Assembly (NCBI GenBank): GCA_030141605.1
Contig: JAQGDQ010001056.1
Span: forward strand, 3,174 to 67,173
Origin: Tubiluchus corallicola
Lineage: Eukaryota > Animalia > Priapulida
Direction: 5' to 3'
DNA length: 64,000 bases
Shown here: positions 13,640 to 25,767 of the stretch, piece by piece
How the letters are laid out: each line of letters begins with the position of its first letter
Position numbering within the stretch: the stretch's first letter is position 1
Made by a program: the position numbers and the translations under genes
The notes under the pieces: model-generated
Told to the model about the DNA's origin: nothing
The model's database searches: none
What the model saw: the letters and a program-made list of their open reading frames with translations, nothing else

Positions 13640-13910
13640 TAAGATCGATACCCACTGCGTATTTATATCACACAGCTTTTTGTATGGACTTAATATGAGT
13701 GATACTAGTTTATGTCCATGTGGAGAAGAAGAGCAAACTCCTCAGCACATTTTATTCAAAAGCAATAAAGTAGATAACACAAAAAGAATGCGTTTCATAG
13801 AAACAGCTGATGCCAGTTATGCAAGTAATATTATGCCTCAATCTAATAAAAATTTAATAATGGCTTTTACTAACCTGATAAGAGATAGTTTTATACTAAA
13901 TAATTGTTAA
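13640..13910 (+). mobile_element. Non-LTR retrotransposon 3' fragment with a CxC..H zinc knuckle
   Basis: HSFLYGLNMSDTSLCPCGEEEQTPQHILF matches the C-terminal CxCG-x4-T-x2-H knuckle of I/R1/Tad-group LINEs; AT-rich 3'UTR-like tail follows. Confidence 0.6.
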
Positions 13911-14569
13911 TTTTGGGCACGCTCGGGTATATAAAAATAAATTATGTATGTGTATACAGCTAATTAATGTGTATAATACTTGTGAATCATTTGAAATTAA
14001 ATCTAATTTAAGTATAATATGTTATTCATTGTACATAGTGTGAAACTGGAAATATTTAAAAGATTTGTTATATGAAAATGTAAATTGTTGATCTGAGCCT
14101 GCAGAAAGAGGCACCTTTTTGTACATACGTTCATTTTTTTAATAAAGACTTATTACTAAAATAAAAAAAATTATAGGGGTAGGCATAAGAACATGAAGAT
14201 TTGAAATTTTGTACCGCCTACCTGCTGGCTTTCTGCACACAGAGCTTGCGTCAGCAGCAACGCCGTATAAAACTTAAGGCGAAGATAAGGCTATATTAAA
14301 GTTTGTCCCAAAGAAAATTGCGTACAAAGTTATAATAATTACTTAACATTCATCTCGCCTGTTTGAAAGATATGTAACTGAAAAGGAAAATTCTTAGTAA
14401 TTTAAAATGTTCGGGGCAGCAGGTAAACGTGATTGGTTCACTACAAAACATATTACACTTTATTACTCTTTACTGAAAAGGTAAAGTAATTCATATTTTT
14501 GTTTATTTAGTAGAGTGTGTGCTACGAATCCTTAGATTATTTTTCCGAACTTCACGTAATGTCATTTAA

Positions 14570-15008
14570 AGGAAGACAGGATGATTTTTCATTTACTCTG
14601 CCCCATTTTCAAGTCTGTTAAAAACTATACATTTTACCACAATGAATGCTGCAACCAGCGAATGGCGAAACGCATGTAACAGTGAAGAACTGTGATGTAC
14701 CGTTGTGCTCACGCATGAGCTGTCGAACGTGAGCAGTTCGTCACAAGCTAGCACATCTGAACTGAAAGGTACAGCACTTGTTTTTGTGCAATGCGTTTCT
14801 GAAATGCAGGCGCTAGTGCCTGTCTAACTATTGAATGGTGAAATGCATGTAACAGCGAGGAACTAGGGGCGTGAACATGAAATTGTGTTCGTGTGGTAAT
14901 AATTCTTTCACGTAAGTCATTTTTGAAAAAAAAATAGTATGTTTGCTTTCAATATTTTAAAGAGTAGATTGTTTTGAACTACAGTTTAAAATTGGGTCCG
15001 GTTTTACT
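14570..15008 (-). mobile_element. Family A MITE, internally deleted
   Basis: TTAA|AGGAAGACAGG ... CCGGTTTTACT|TTAA; lacks ~170 bp of the interior. Confidence 0.8.
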
Positions 15009-15149
15009 TTAATTTCTTATTCAACGACTGGCCGTTAATATGGCTGCGCGCGGAGTATGATAATTGTCATCGCGGGAGAAAACTTTTACTTACGTAAAAC
15101 TAGAAAATTCGCCTTGAAATTCACCTACATACTTATCTTATTGTATTAA

Positions 15150-15530
15150 CAGCAACGCTGTAAAAAACTTGTAAATTTAAACTCCCTCGATGACCGTTGG
15201 GTGCAGCCATTTTGACGGGAAGTTGTTTGAAACAAGTTTAGACAACTATTATGTAAAATTTGAAAAAACAATCACAGCATTCGTAGCACAAACTTCACAA
15301 ACCAAGCAAAAGTATAAATAAGTATAAATTAGATTAAAGTCAATAAGATTAAAAATAAAATGAGAAGGTGAGTCAGCGACATTTTACCAGTTGGCGGGAA
15401 CATTTTAAATGGCTAAGAATTTTCTTTTCAAGTTAAGTAAGTTATTCAAGCAGGTAAGCAATGCTGGGTGATATAACTTTGTGTGGAAAGTTTTTTGAGA
15501 CATTAGTTTAAAATAGCCTTTTTCCCTTTT
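15150..15530 (+). mobile_element. Family C-related MITE fragment
   Basis: ttgtaaatttaaactcc..cagccattttgac..tttgaaacaagtt matches 6090-6480. Confidence 0.55.
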
Positions 15531-16978
15531 AAGTTTTAAACAGCGTTACTGCTAACACAACCTCTGTGTGCAGAAAGCCAGCAGGTAGGTGACACAAAAT
15601 TTCAAAACGTATTTTTGGGTATATGTAATAATTCTGTATCTTTATGTTCTTATCCCTCGATCAATTTGTGGGAATTGGGAGAGAGTCATCTTAAACAAAC
15701 TTATGATTCCTTTAAAGTTCTAGAACTGATGTAAAACGCTCGGAAGAGAATGGCTCCAATTTTCCGTGTAACGTTCAAAATAGCTGCATTCATAAGTGTT
15801 AACACGCTTTACATAAATCTTTGTATATAATAATCCGAAATGGCATAAATAAGCGGCTATGTTCACAGTTTGAGGATCAAAGCAGACAATCGTTGTACCA
15901 CAGATACCACAAGCGCTAAATGGCCGTCAAGAATGCCAAAACTATGCATATGTGCACCCAAACACCAAACAAACAAACAGAAGACAACTGACGTGTCTTT
16001 GAGTGCCAGTAATGCAGTAAAAAGCTTACGAAACGCATAAATGAAACCCAAGAAAGTTGGTTTTGTTACTTGCAGGGATAACGATATACTTCTTCAGTTC
16101 ACAATTTTCTTCATTTGCCAGGAAGCACCATCATAGTGAACAGGAGCCTGAAACTAACCTCACAATATCTATTCCCTCTAGTCAAATTCATGTATATTTT
16201 TTTCATGACGCCATCACGTTGTGCATGAATATTCAGATGCAACTGATTGAACACTGAATCGTTAGATGGAGAGCCAAAAAGGAGACGCTTATAAAAAATG
16301 ACAGGATCTTTTCAACTGGTGAAATTTTGCAAACAGCTTTGTTAAGCCATGTCAAAGTCTGGCAAAGACGCATGTCAGCACCACAAAGACAAGCAATACG
16401 CTTTCCACTCGCTATGTTTGTCGTGTTTTTGTCATCTTCGCAAAATGTAAATGGAAAATATTTCTGTCGAAGAAAGCTACAATTGTCCATCGTTCAAACA
16501 AAATGTCAGCTATATGAAAACGCATCTGCATGGCTTCCGTCTATACGAGAGAGCAAAATATTGTGATGCCTATATACCCTCGGGAATGTAGCGAAATAAA
16601 ATTTCCTGGGCTGGCTGAAAAATATTTTTGCTTTATTTACCATTGTTCGACGACGATGGAATATGGACAGGTATTGTGAAATTTAATTAAGATAAGCACT
16701 AGACCCTGTAACGTTTATTTTTGAAGTAAATTACGTAGAATGCGTTGATAATAGAAATGTTTCTTCAATAACGACACACGCCAAGCTTCGTGCAAATTTA
16801 CACTGCCCAAAACTACAAAAAGTTTAACAATAGACTATATAATAGCCGATCAGATAAAATAAAGTAAAATGTTTTTGTGGCGAAACTGTGTTTTCTAATC
16901 AAACAAGGAATATTTTTTCTCTGTTTTTATAACTGATCTACTATTATAAAGCAATAAAATATGAAATGTTTAACATAC

Positions 16979-17724
16979 CTCTCCACTTTGTGCAAAGCAG
17001 GGTTACGTTTACTTATGACTCCAGCGAGAGGTGCAGCAACTAAATCACATAATCCAACACTACCACTACCAGAGGGCGCGCTAGGAGGCGTAGTAGTCGA
17101 CGACGTAGTTTGTACAGGAACTGGATCAAACTTATCCAACAGTTCATCAGTTAGATCCACACTGTTTTCATTAACAACTGGTTTCCTGTGCTGCCCTTTT
17201 GCGTTTACCTTGCTCGTTGCACTCTCACTCATTTTAGAAACCTGATCGGTCTCGTCACCGTCAACTTTCTTCACTTTACCAACCAATAATTGACTTTTTT
17301 CACCATCATTTTTGTATTCTTGTGCTAGACTTTTAGTTTGTACTTGTGCAGATTCAATATTGGATGAGGTTACGTTTGATTCTTTTCCACTCATATCTGT
17401 GCGAACACTGCTATCTGATTCATTTGTTGTTTCAGCACTAGTACTGGTAATGGCTGTTGATTCTACAGCAGGATTGTGCATTGTTCCTTTAGTATCTTTA
17501 CCCTCATTGTCTTTCATTTCTAGGTCATTCTCGCCACCCGCTTCCACTCCAAAGAACTTTGAGACTTTGTTAGAAGGTTTCCCCGTAGTTGATTTGAACA
17601 GCTGCTCATCATGTTTTTTATTGATTGAATCGTTTTCTGCCCAAGTGCTCTCACTGGGAGATTCGTAATTGATAATTGCATTTCTACTGCCAACCTGGGT
17701 ACAAGAGAAATCACTTTCAGACAT
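16979..17724 (-). CDS. Probable first coding exon of a minus-strand gene (~249 aa, S/T/E/K-rich disordered N-terminus); product unknown
   Basis: Longest non-repetitive ORF in the window (265 codons). Donor GAGAG|GTATGT at 16979/16978, after which the ORF becomes AT-rich; upstream acceptor ttgttctatag at ~17883. Confidence 0.65.
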
Positions 17725-18940
17725 ATTCTTGTGTCATTTGACGATGGCACTAATAGAATTATGACATGTGCACCTGCTACTCCGACTCAACTGCACTTTT
17801 ACACGGTCATAGTCACCGCTTGGTTATGATCGTCTTAGTGTTAAACTTTCACTTCCCATCTAATAGCTTAGTTTATTACTCCTATAGAACAAAACTTGTC
17901 TCGTTAGCGTTTGATTAATGGTGATTCTACCTACATTTTCTTTAATCGCTATAAATAATGAATAAGAGCGGCACACTTAGCGATGATGTATCAACGCATA
18001 ACCTGATTACCATCAGGTTAAGTGGTAATTTCGCAAAGAAAGTAGTGCTATCGTCTCACGCAACGCGAGAAGGGAGGTATTAGGAAAAGAAGAAAGCCTT
18101 TCCTTGCGATAATCAACTAAAGCGGAAAAATAGAGAAACTTCCAGTAGAGGAACTCGAAAAACGACTAACAAACCTGTACCAAACAAACACATTAGTTTT
18201 TAATATAAATAACTTAGACTCTCAGTTAAAAAATTCAGTTTCTGGTAGTTTTCTACTAAGTTATGGACAGAACATCATCGTATTTCACCTGGTACAGCAA
18301 TACGTTGATTTATCTAACCGTTTTAATTATTTTAATTAACAATTGGAATACTACTTATGTATATTTTGCGACAGACTTGTTTTTCCTGCCAAACTGCATT
18401 CCTGAAAATCTTGCAGCCTGAGACAATCCGTTCAGCATCTATTTGTTGTTTGCCAAAGGCAACTATTTCAAATAAATGTTTAAAAAAGCAGAAAAAACAA
18501 AAGACCGACAAAGAAGCAATAAGCCATTAGTCTCAGTCAACAAAGACTCGGGTAAAAGCACAAACAGCGATTAACAGAGAATAATTCACAGAACTCAACA
18601 ATCTAAATCACAAAACTCGTGAAAATTGTGAAAATATCCTATTAAAAGTTTTGGTGTAATAAAATCAGTGTTAAATCAATATTATCTTGCATGGACGAAA
18701 AGGTATTACTGTATGTTATAGAAAGTATGACACTATGACCAATAACTATTAGCTGCTAGCATATAATTTTCACGAATTGCAACGCTGCAGCCCAGTGCTC
18801 TTTAATTTGACCTGTTGTGATGTGACCTATTATTAAAGCGTTGATGAATAAAATCATTTTCAGAAATAAGCCAGTTAATTCTTATAGCATCTGCCATTAT
18901 TTTTGTTCAGTTGAACGTACACTACATTGTTATGTCTAGA

Positions 18941-19667
18941 GCTACGACTCTATGTGCGCGTAATGCCTAATGCCTAATGTGTGATTACGCAAACCGTAAA
19001 CGTAATGCGTAATTGGCGATCCGTAACGCGTGATGCGTATTAACTGTTTCCATGTGTCCGTAAACGCTACGCGTATTAACAAAGCTCACGACGCTCTTTC
19101 CGCAATTTTCGTTGCTGTTCGTAAAAATTGCAGGCAATAATTTTGGACACCATGTAATGTGGAAATTTTACAGTGATAATTACAGCTGTAGCATTAGCTC
19201 TTTATTGTACTGTAGATTTACTGTAAACGAAAAAATTCAAAAGAAAGCACACATTTTGGGTGCACAATATTTAGCAGGGGAGAGAATACAGCACCTATCA
19301 ACTATTAATGACAATACCGTAACTACATGCTTCTTCCATCTCTCAAAAATTCAGGTAGAAAAAATATTATTGCTTGTAAGTCCTAAAGCGACCAAAACTC
19401 ACCTAACTAGAATTTTCAGAAAGCCAAATAGCGAAAATAGTCACCTTGAGTTCAAAAACTCGCTATAATCACCTAGGCAACGGCGGTTTCCCGTATGCGT
19501 ATTGCTGCGTGATGCGTATTCGGACGACAGCAATCACGTTCGAATTATTACGGATCACGCATTACGTACACATGGAAACACTTCTACATATTTAAATGCA
19601 AACTGTTGTACGCGCATTAATGATCACGCATCGGGCATCACACATTACGTAAACATGGAGCCGTACT
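18941..19667. mobile_element. Putative old TIR element with CGTAATG/CATTACG subterminal motifs
   Basis: tacgactctatgtgcgcgtaatg is roughly the reverse complement of cattacgtaaacatggagccgta; cgtaat/attacg motifs recur near both ends. Confidence 0.45.
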
Positions 19668-21078
19668 TTAGCAGTTAGGCCTACGATCTAGGTAACGCAA
19701 ACCATTCTGCAGCCAGAGTAAAATGAAATCAAGCTTTTTAAAGTACACGTCGACACCAATGACGTTTTAGCTGTTTTGCGACCACTCTTCTGCTTTCCTA
19801 TTGGCTCCAGCAGGTGCCGTGATTAAATTGTGACTGTATGGATGTAGTTTTACCCCTGGGGGAAAATTAGTTTTGCTAAAAATCTAGAAATCATATAGTA
19901 ACTCAATTCTACATTTATTAAAATATTCATTATCCTTGGTGTCGCACTATTTCCTCCCGCGGAGTAATACTCATAACCCTGCCGTGTTTTCCACCACACA
20001 CAGAGAGCCTTGTATATAGCAAAAGTAGTGACACAGAAAGCATTTATCACATATTTTATTTACAAAAACCAAGAGCCAAAAACCAAAATATTACAATAAC
20101 TTGTTCGAACCTTGAGTTACAAGCAATACATTTTAATGGCGAAAAATTATGTTAAACCGTCATCGTTCATCCTGCATTCCAGACTTTTTTGCCCTTGTTT
20201 TAATGTTATTTCATGATTAGTTCTGTTAACCACACGAAATTTATAGCAACAAGCTTGGGTCGTTAATTTTCGCAACAATTCAGACGTTTCTGAGAGGACA
20301 GCGTTACACCGGGGATGTAATTAAATGGTGATGATGGGTTTCATTTAGATGATTTATCACGTGTAGTGCAGGTATGGATTGAGATGCACGGTAATTAAAC
20401 TGTTAAATCAAGGCACAGTTAGTCTTGTAAGTTTCAGTGTGAGCTGTAAACATACTGGAGATGTGTTGTTAGAAATGAATCAGTATAAACGTGTTTGTTG
20501 CTTTTCAGGAAACAGCTCTTACAGCTTACATATCCATCCGGGATGCTCTTCAAAGAAACTCTATAGCGCAGATTAGATCTATACCTAGACGAGCTTCAAA
20601 TAATTGCGGCTAGTATTCAGCTCCAGTGGATTGTAAATAATTTTGATTAAATCCACAAAATGCATTTAATTTAAGTAATAAATGCAAATCTGAATTTCAC
20701 ATGCATCTCTGAACAGTAGTGAATGTTCCAGAGAAATTCCAAAACACAGAGAATTGCACCAATGTAACGAGCTCCGCGATGCATCTAATGCACCCACACA
20801 AATTATTGTTTGAACTGAGGTGTTCGTCAAACTCTACAAGATACTCTGTAAACTCGTCTAGTAACCTTTCGTGTTGTTAATTTTTTTTATTGAAGTTAAT
20901 CACATTTTCATAAGGTCTGCTGTACTGATCTAATATTGGCAGACGTAAGAAAAGTGAAGAGAGTACAAGATGAGAAATCCAATAAAAATCCTTTTATTGA
21001 AGAAGAGAAGCTAATCTACTTGCACTATTCAACCTGAGATGAGAGGCAAGCTTGACCCGCAAACAACAAGTTTTGTCT

Positions 21079-21363
21079 TCATCATCATCATCATCATCGT
21101 CGTCGTCGTCGTCGTCATCATCTTCATCATCATCGTCGTCGTCATCATCATCATCATTACTATAATCGTTGCCATCATCGTCGTCATCGTCATCGTCGTC
21201 ATCATCAGCATTATCACCATCATCGTTGTCATCACCATCATCACCATCACCATCACCATCATCATCATCATCAGCAGCAGCAGCAGCACCAGCAACATCA
21301 GCATCAGCATCAACATTAGCATCATCATCAGCAGCAGCGTTAGTATCATCATCAGCAGCAGCA
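21079..21363. repeat. Compound (TCA/TCG/CCA/GCA)n microsatellite
   Basis: Read directly. Confidence 0.97.
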
Positions 21364-21654
21364 AAACTTTTTGCCACAAAGCACACAGATAGAAGCTGGT
21401 TAGCAGACCAGTTGATATGCAAATAACAAATTTTGCAAATCCCTTAAGGCCAACATATAAAATGCAGTCTGAAAGAACTTCATTATTGCGCAACTAATAA
21501 AACTTGATCCGTCATTAAACAGGAATTGAAAATAATTGTAGTAATGACGTAAAAGTTTTTCAAATCTTGCTTACTTAACTTACTTTTCTGAACTGCTTCA
21601 ACGCGATTTAAACTGATGCACGGACGCGAATTTAAATGTTACTATGACTGAAAT

Positions 21655-21897
21655 GTTGTTGTCGTCGTCGCTGTCGTCGTCGTTATCGTCGTCGTCGTCA
21701 TCATCGTTGTTGCTGTTTCATTTTTTATTGTAACATTCTGTTATCAGTGCCATTGACGAAAAAGGTGAAGATGAAGAAGAAAAAATAATAGTAGCAATAG
21801 TAATAGTAATAATAATAATAACAACAACAACGACAGCAACAGCGACAACGACAACAACAACGACAATGACAACAACAACAACAATAATAATAATATT
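21655..21897. repeat. (GTC)n and (AAT/AAC/GAC)n microsatellites
   Basis: Read directly. Confidence 0.9.
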
Positions 21898-22199
21898 ACC
21901 AAAATTGTATTTCTTATTGCTATCTTCAATTCTTTATCTATGTTTCGTTATCTACCTGTTGTAAGTTGACAGATCGCGACTAAAAAGAATTTTAGAAATC
22001 TTCATACATCCAGGGGACAAATTTTGTTCACCTCTGTTCTACTGGTTGTTGAATAGCTATTTCTTCACTGGACAACCATCAGCTAGTCTGTACCCAATCT
22101 ATCTTAAACGACGCGTTTTATTTTCCTTGCCCATTTTAGAAGAATAACTCGATACTCGTTACCATGGAATTAGTCTGCGTCATGACTGAAGTGCGTCAG

Positions 22200-22398
22200 G
22201 ACACATTGCGTCATTCATATGACGATAACAATTCGTTGCCATGGCAAAGATTGTTCTTCGTTCTTGACACATTACGTCATTCATATGACGATAACAATTC
22301 GTTACCATAGCAACGATTGTTCTTCGTTCTTGACACATTACGTCATTCATATGACGATAACAATTCGTTGCCATGGCAACGATTGTTCTTCGATCTTG
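22200..22398. repeat. 66-bp minisatellite, 3 copies, each with an RFX X-box
   Basis: Unit gacacattacgtcattcatatgacgataacaattcgttgccatggcaacgattgttcttcgttctt, starting at 22200, 22266 and 22332. Confidence 0.92.
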
Positions 22399-22497
22399 CA
22401 ACTGACCTAATAGATGTCAGTCTTTGTTCGGCCTCATTTCTTTCTTTGCTTTCGATGCGAGAAAGGCGTTATTATTTGCAAGTCTCTAGTGCATTCT

Positions 22498-23135
22498 TTA
22501 GTGGACTATCATGGGCTGTTTTGATTTTTTATGCAACCGCGAGCGCCGTGAGGACAGTGAGGACCAACCGGTGCCTAGATGCTGGAGGATCCGGACCATA
22601 TGGTCTAGGGCCCGGGGGCAAGTCGCTCCTATGCCCTCAGTCCATTCGTCTTCTGGGACCTCCACGCGTTGTAGTGGTGAGGTAGAGTCATCCGGGACAA
22701 CCGTGGGGGTGGTTCGTCTTGGAAGCTCGAGTAGCATGGGTTTCCCTCTGGTTGAGTGCTGAATGTCATTCTTAAGTACCAACCTTACAGTACCATGCTC
22801 TCACATCTGGGTTCTGGTCAGGACAGCCACTTTTGGACTGTCAGAGCCCCGTAAGGTGCCTCGGGGGAGGGGGGGCCTGGCTCGCGGTAGTGCGTGCACT
22901 ACAGGGGTGTGTGATGCGTTAGGCGTAATTGCCTACTAAAGCTAAGTGTAGACGAACAGTTGGCACACAGCCTCTCCACACCCAAGACTCCTGCGTAACC
23001 TCCACGAGGTGCGAGCTGGTAACTGCCCCATTACAGGAGCAGGCTAATCAGCAGGGGATCTCGGAGCAGTATGGAGCCCCAGAGGTGCAGTGCTGAAAGG
23101 CACTCACCATTCCATACCCCAACTATGGGTTAAAT
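22498..23135 (-). mobile_element. GC-rich island resembling the 5' UTR and ORF start of an R2-group (Hero-like) non-LTR retrotransposon
   Basis: Sharp GC rise, several hairpins and a 94-aa Pro-rich minus-strand ORF (PRRTTPTVVPDDST). The clade call is recalled similarity only. Confidence 0.45.
22879..23057 (+). ncRNA. Candidate HDV-like self-cleaving ribozyme
   Basis: P1 GGCTCGC (22879-22885)/GCGAGCT (23011-23017) with G1-U wobble; P3 ACC/GGT; L3 TCCACGA; GG for P1.1; P4 CTGCCCC/GGAGCAG; J4/2 GCTAA (C23044); P2 CTCCTGCgtA/TcaGCAGGGG. Confidence 0.6.
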
Positions 23136-23866
23136 AGCATAATATATTTCAGAGCAGATCTACGTATACTAAAAACAGAAGTTTTTTTGTATTTTCTCTC
23201 ATTATAATGGAAATTAAGTTTAATAAAAAGTTAACAGGTTAACTGTATTGTTTACTGTTTTTTATTGTTTGATTTTTCTATGTATAGTAGATTAAATGCT
23301 TTTAATTGTCTCCAATATTTATGCAGAAAATTGACTTTAAATGAAATTTGTCTTGTCTTACTTTATTTTATCTTACGTCTTCTCCTTTCCTCTCCTCTCT
23401 CCTCCCCTCTCGTCTCCTCTCTTTCCTCTCCCCATTCTCTTTATTATTGTATTTTTTGTTTTTGTGCAAGTTTGTGTGATTTGTTTGTATTGATTTTTCT
23501 TTTTATATAATGTTGAATGTTGTAAATACGTCAATTATAATATGAGCTTCAGTTTGAAATAAAGGATTAAATCAAATCAAATCCTCTCTCGTTTCGCCTC
23601 TTTCGTCTAGCACATCTAATTCTTCTGGTCTTACGTTAATTTTAATGCTAATGAACATGGAAAATGATTTACTTCATAAAATTTCCGTACGAGGCAGTGG
23701 TGGATAAGGCACAGGCTTTATTAGTTGCGACCAGGAGCCTCCACCAGCTGAGGGACCTCCAGGGATTACGTAAATTACCGTGAAATTACTACAGAATGAG
23801 AACAGAATTATACTGAATTGTCTCTTTGAAAACGGCTCAATTAATTAATATGCCGTAGAATAATAC

Positions 23867-23980
<114 letters not shown>

Positions 23981-24175
23981 ACTGAAAAGGGAAAGTTAAA
24001 AAGAAACATAAATACACAGACAACACTTAGTTCGCTAAAAGAAGGAAACGTTCCTATTGCCTCACAGAATAGAAAGGGGACCCTTTGCATTCTATTAGAG
24101 ATCATGTAGACAAGCAAAACAGGTTAGTGGTAAAGACAGACACAGAAATTATATAAGAGACTAAAGAGTTGACAG

Positions 24176-24581
24176 AATAAGTCTTTTCACAGTTCCAGCT
24201 ATTGATGATCATTGTGAAAAAGTCAAAGGTTAAATGTAGCAGACAACGTACTTGTGTACACTTGGCAACGTCTCGCAGTCCATGCTATTGTAATAGTAAC
24301 AGTTTTAACATGTTTTAACAGCTAGCTAGAACCTTACCTAGTTCATTTTTTTCTTGTTTCCAAGTAAGATCCTGTTAGTAAATCACTCTACGCACAGACT
24401 AACGCATAATTAAATAAAGTTCACGTAAAGCAACTGACGTTACTGAACTGATTCGGCAGACGGCATTGCTTTAGCAACACGTTCTACGACGGTTGCATTT
24501 AAGACGTGTGACTGCGGTACACGTAACCTTTGACCTGCAACAACTGCGCGTGCGCACAACGAAATTGTGAAAAGGCTTATT
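24176..24581 (+). mobile_element. Family B MITE
   Basis: aataagtcttttcacagtt ... aattgtgaaaaggcttatt; colinear with 6610-6981. Confidence 0.78.
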
Positions 24582-25767
24582 AAATTTAGGTAACTAATAA
24601 GCACCTTCTTCTTACGCATGTGTTGCAGGGGGCATAGTGGTGAACACCATTTAAAAAGTGCTCAGTTATTAGCGGACATCTACAAACTAAACCGATGAAA
24701 TTAAAGTTGACGGTTTGTAGAAACTGAGTGATTTACGAGAAAGAGGCTTGTGAAAAATCCAGCAAAACCGCAAGATTGAAACTAGCGCCTCTTTTGCATG
24801 CAATTTCAACATCAAAGCAGAGAAACCCAGCGGAAATTACAAGGTCAATTGAAGAAAATTGTCTGGCTTCATAGTTTGAAATGTATTCCTCCCAGATAAT
24901 TGCGCGTAATCAGGCGTGTTGAAAGATGGCTAATTTTACCGAAATAAATTTCGTAGCGCTTGGCTCTCTGGTCACGCAACAAAGATTCACTATATGATAG
25001 TTAGGCGCCATGTCGTATTGGGGTATTATCTACAATCAGACGAACGCAAGAGCGAGTTGCTTCAAAGCACTGATATACGAAGCGAAATTGATTATAGGCA
25101 TTCTGTGTTTTAGAAATTGAATATTACATTGAATGCTATCACTTTGAATGTTATCAGCTATTATTCTGTATTGAAATTTAACGATATAATAAAATAGCCT
25201 GGTAAATAGTTGATAAAACACTCATACGTAAGTAGTTTACGGTTTTGTTCTACAGCATGTGGAATGTAGAGAAAAATTAAGCGAATGTTTATGTAGCTAA
25301 AATAAAAAAACAATGTACGAAGAAATAGTTTAAAAGTACCATACACGTCTAAAACATCTTTTCAAAAACGTTATAACTAAAAATTAAATATTGTGCCGGT
25401 CGTAATAGGAAATTTTTGTCAAAAATACTACAGCCTAGGCACTGACACAAGTATATAAAACAACCACCAGTGATACGAAACACCTGCACACTTAATACGC
25501 CACAAATTGTTTGTACGAAGTCGAGTATAACAAATGCATTTGCGAGCACAATGCTTGCACGGCTATTACACCACCCTTCATGAGAAAATCATTTAAAGAA
25601 TTAGAAATCTAGAAAAATTGTACAAGCAATAGATTTTTATGTTCAACCGGAGAAAAAACAGATACCCATTGACTGGTATACTGCAGCTCGCAGTTAACAA
25701 AACTCACAACACCAGTTTTTTTACCAAATCTTATTAACATATAGTAGTCTTTCTATCTTTTATATCA

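Noticed and set aside
22180-22410. 22-aa repeat protein
   Set aside because: Translation of the 66-bp minisatellite, with no evidence of exon structure.
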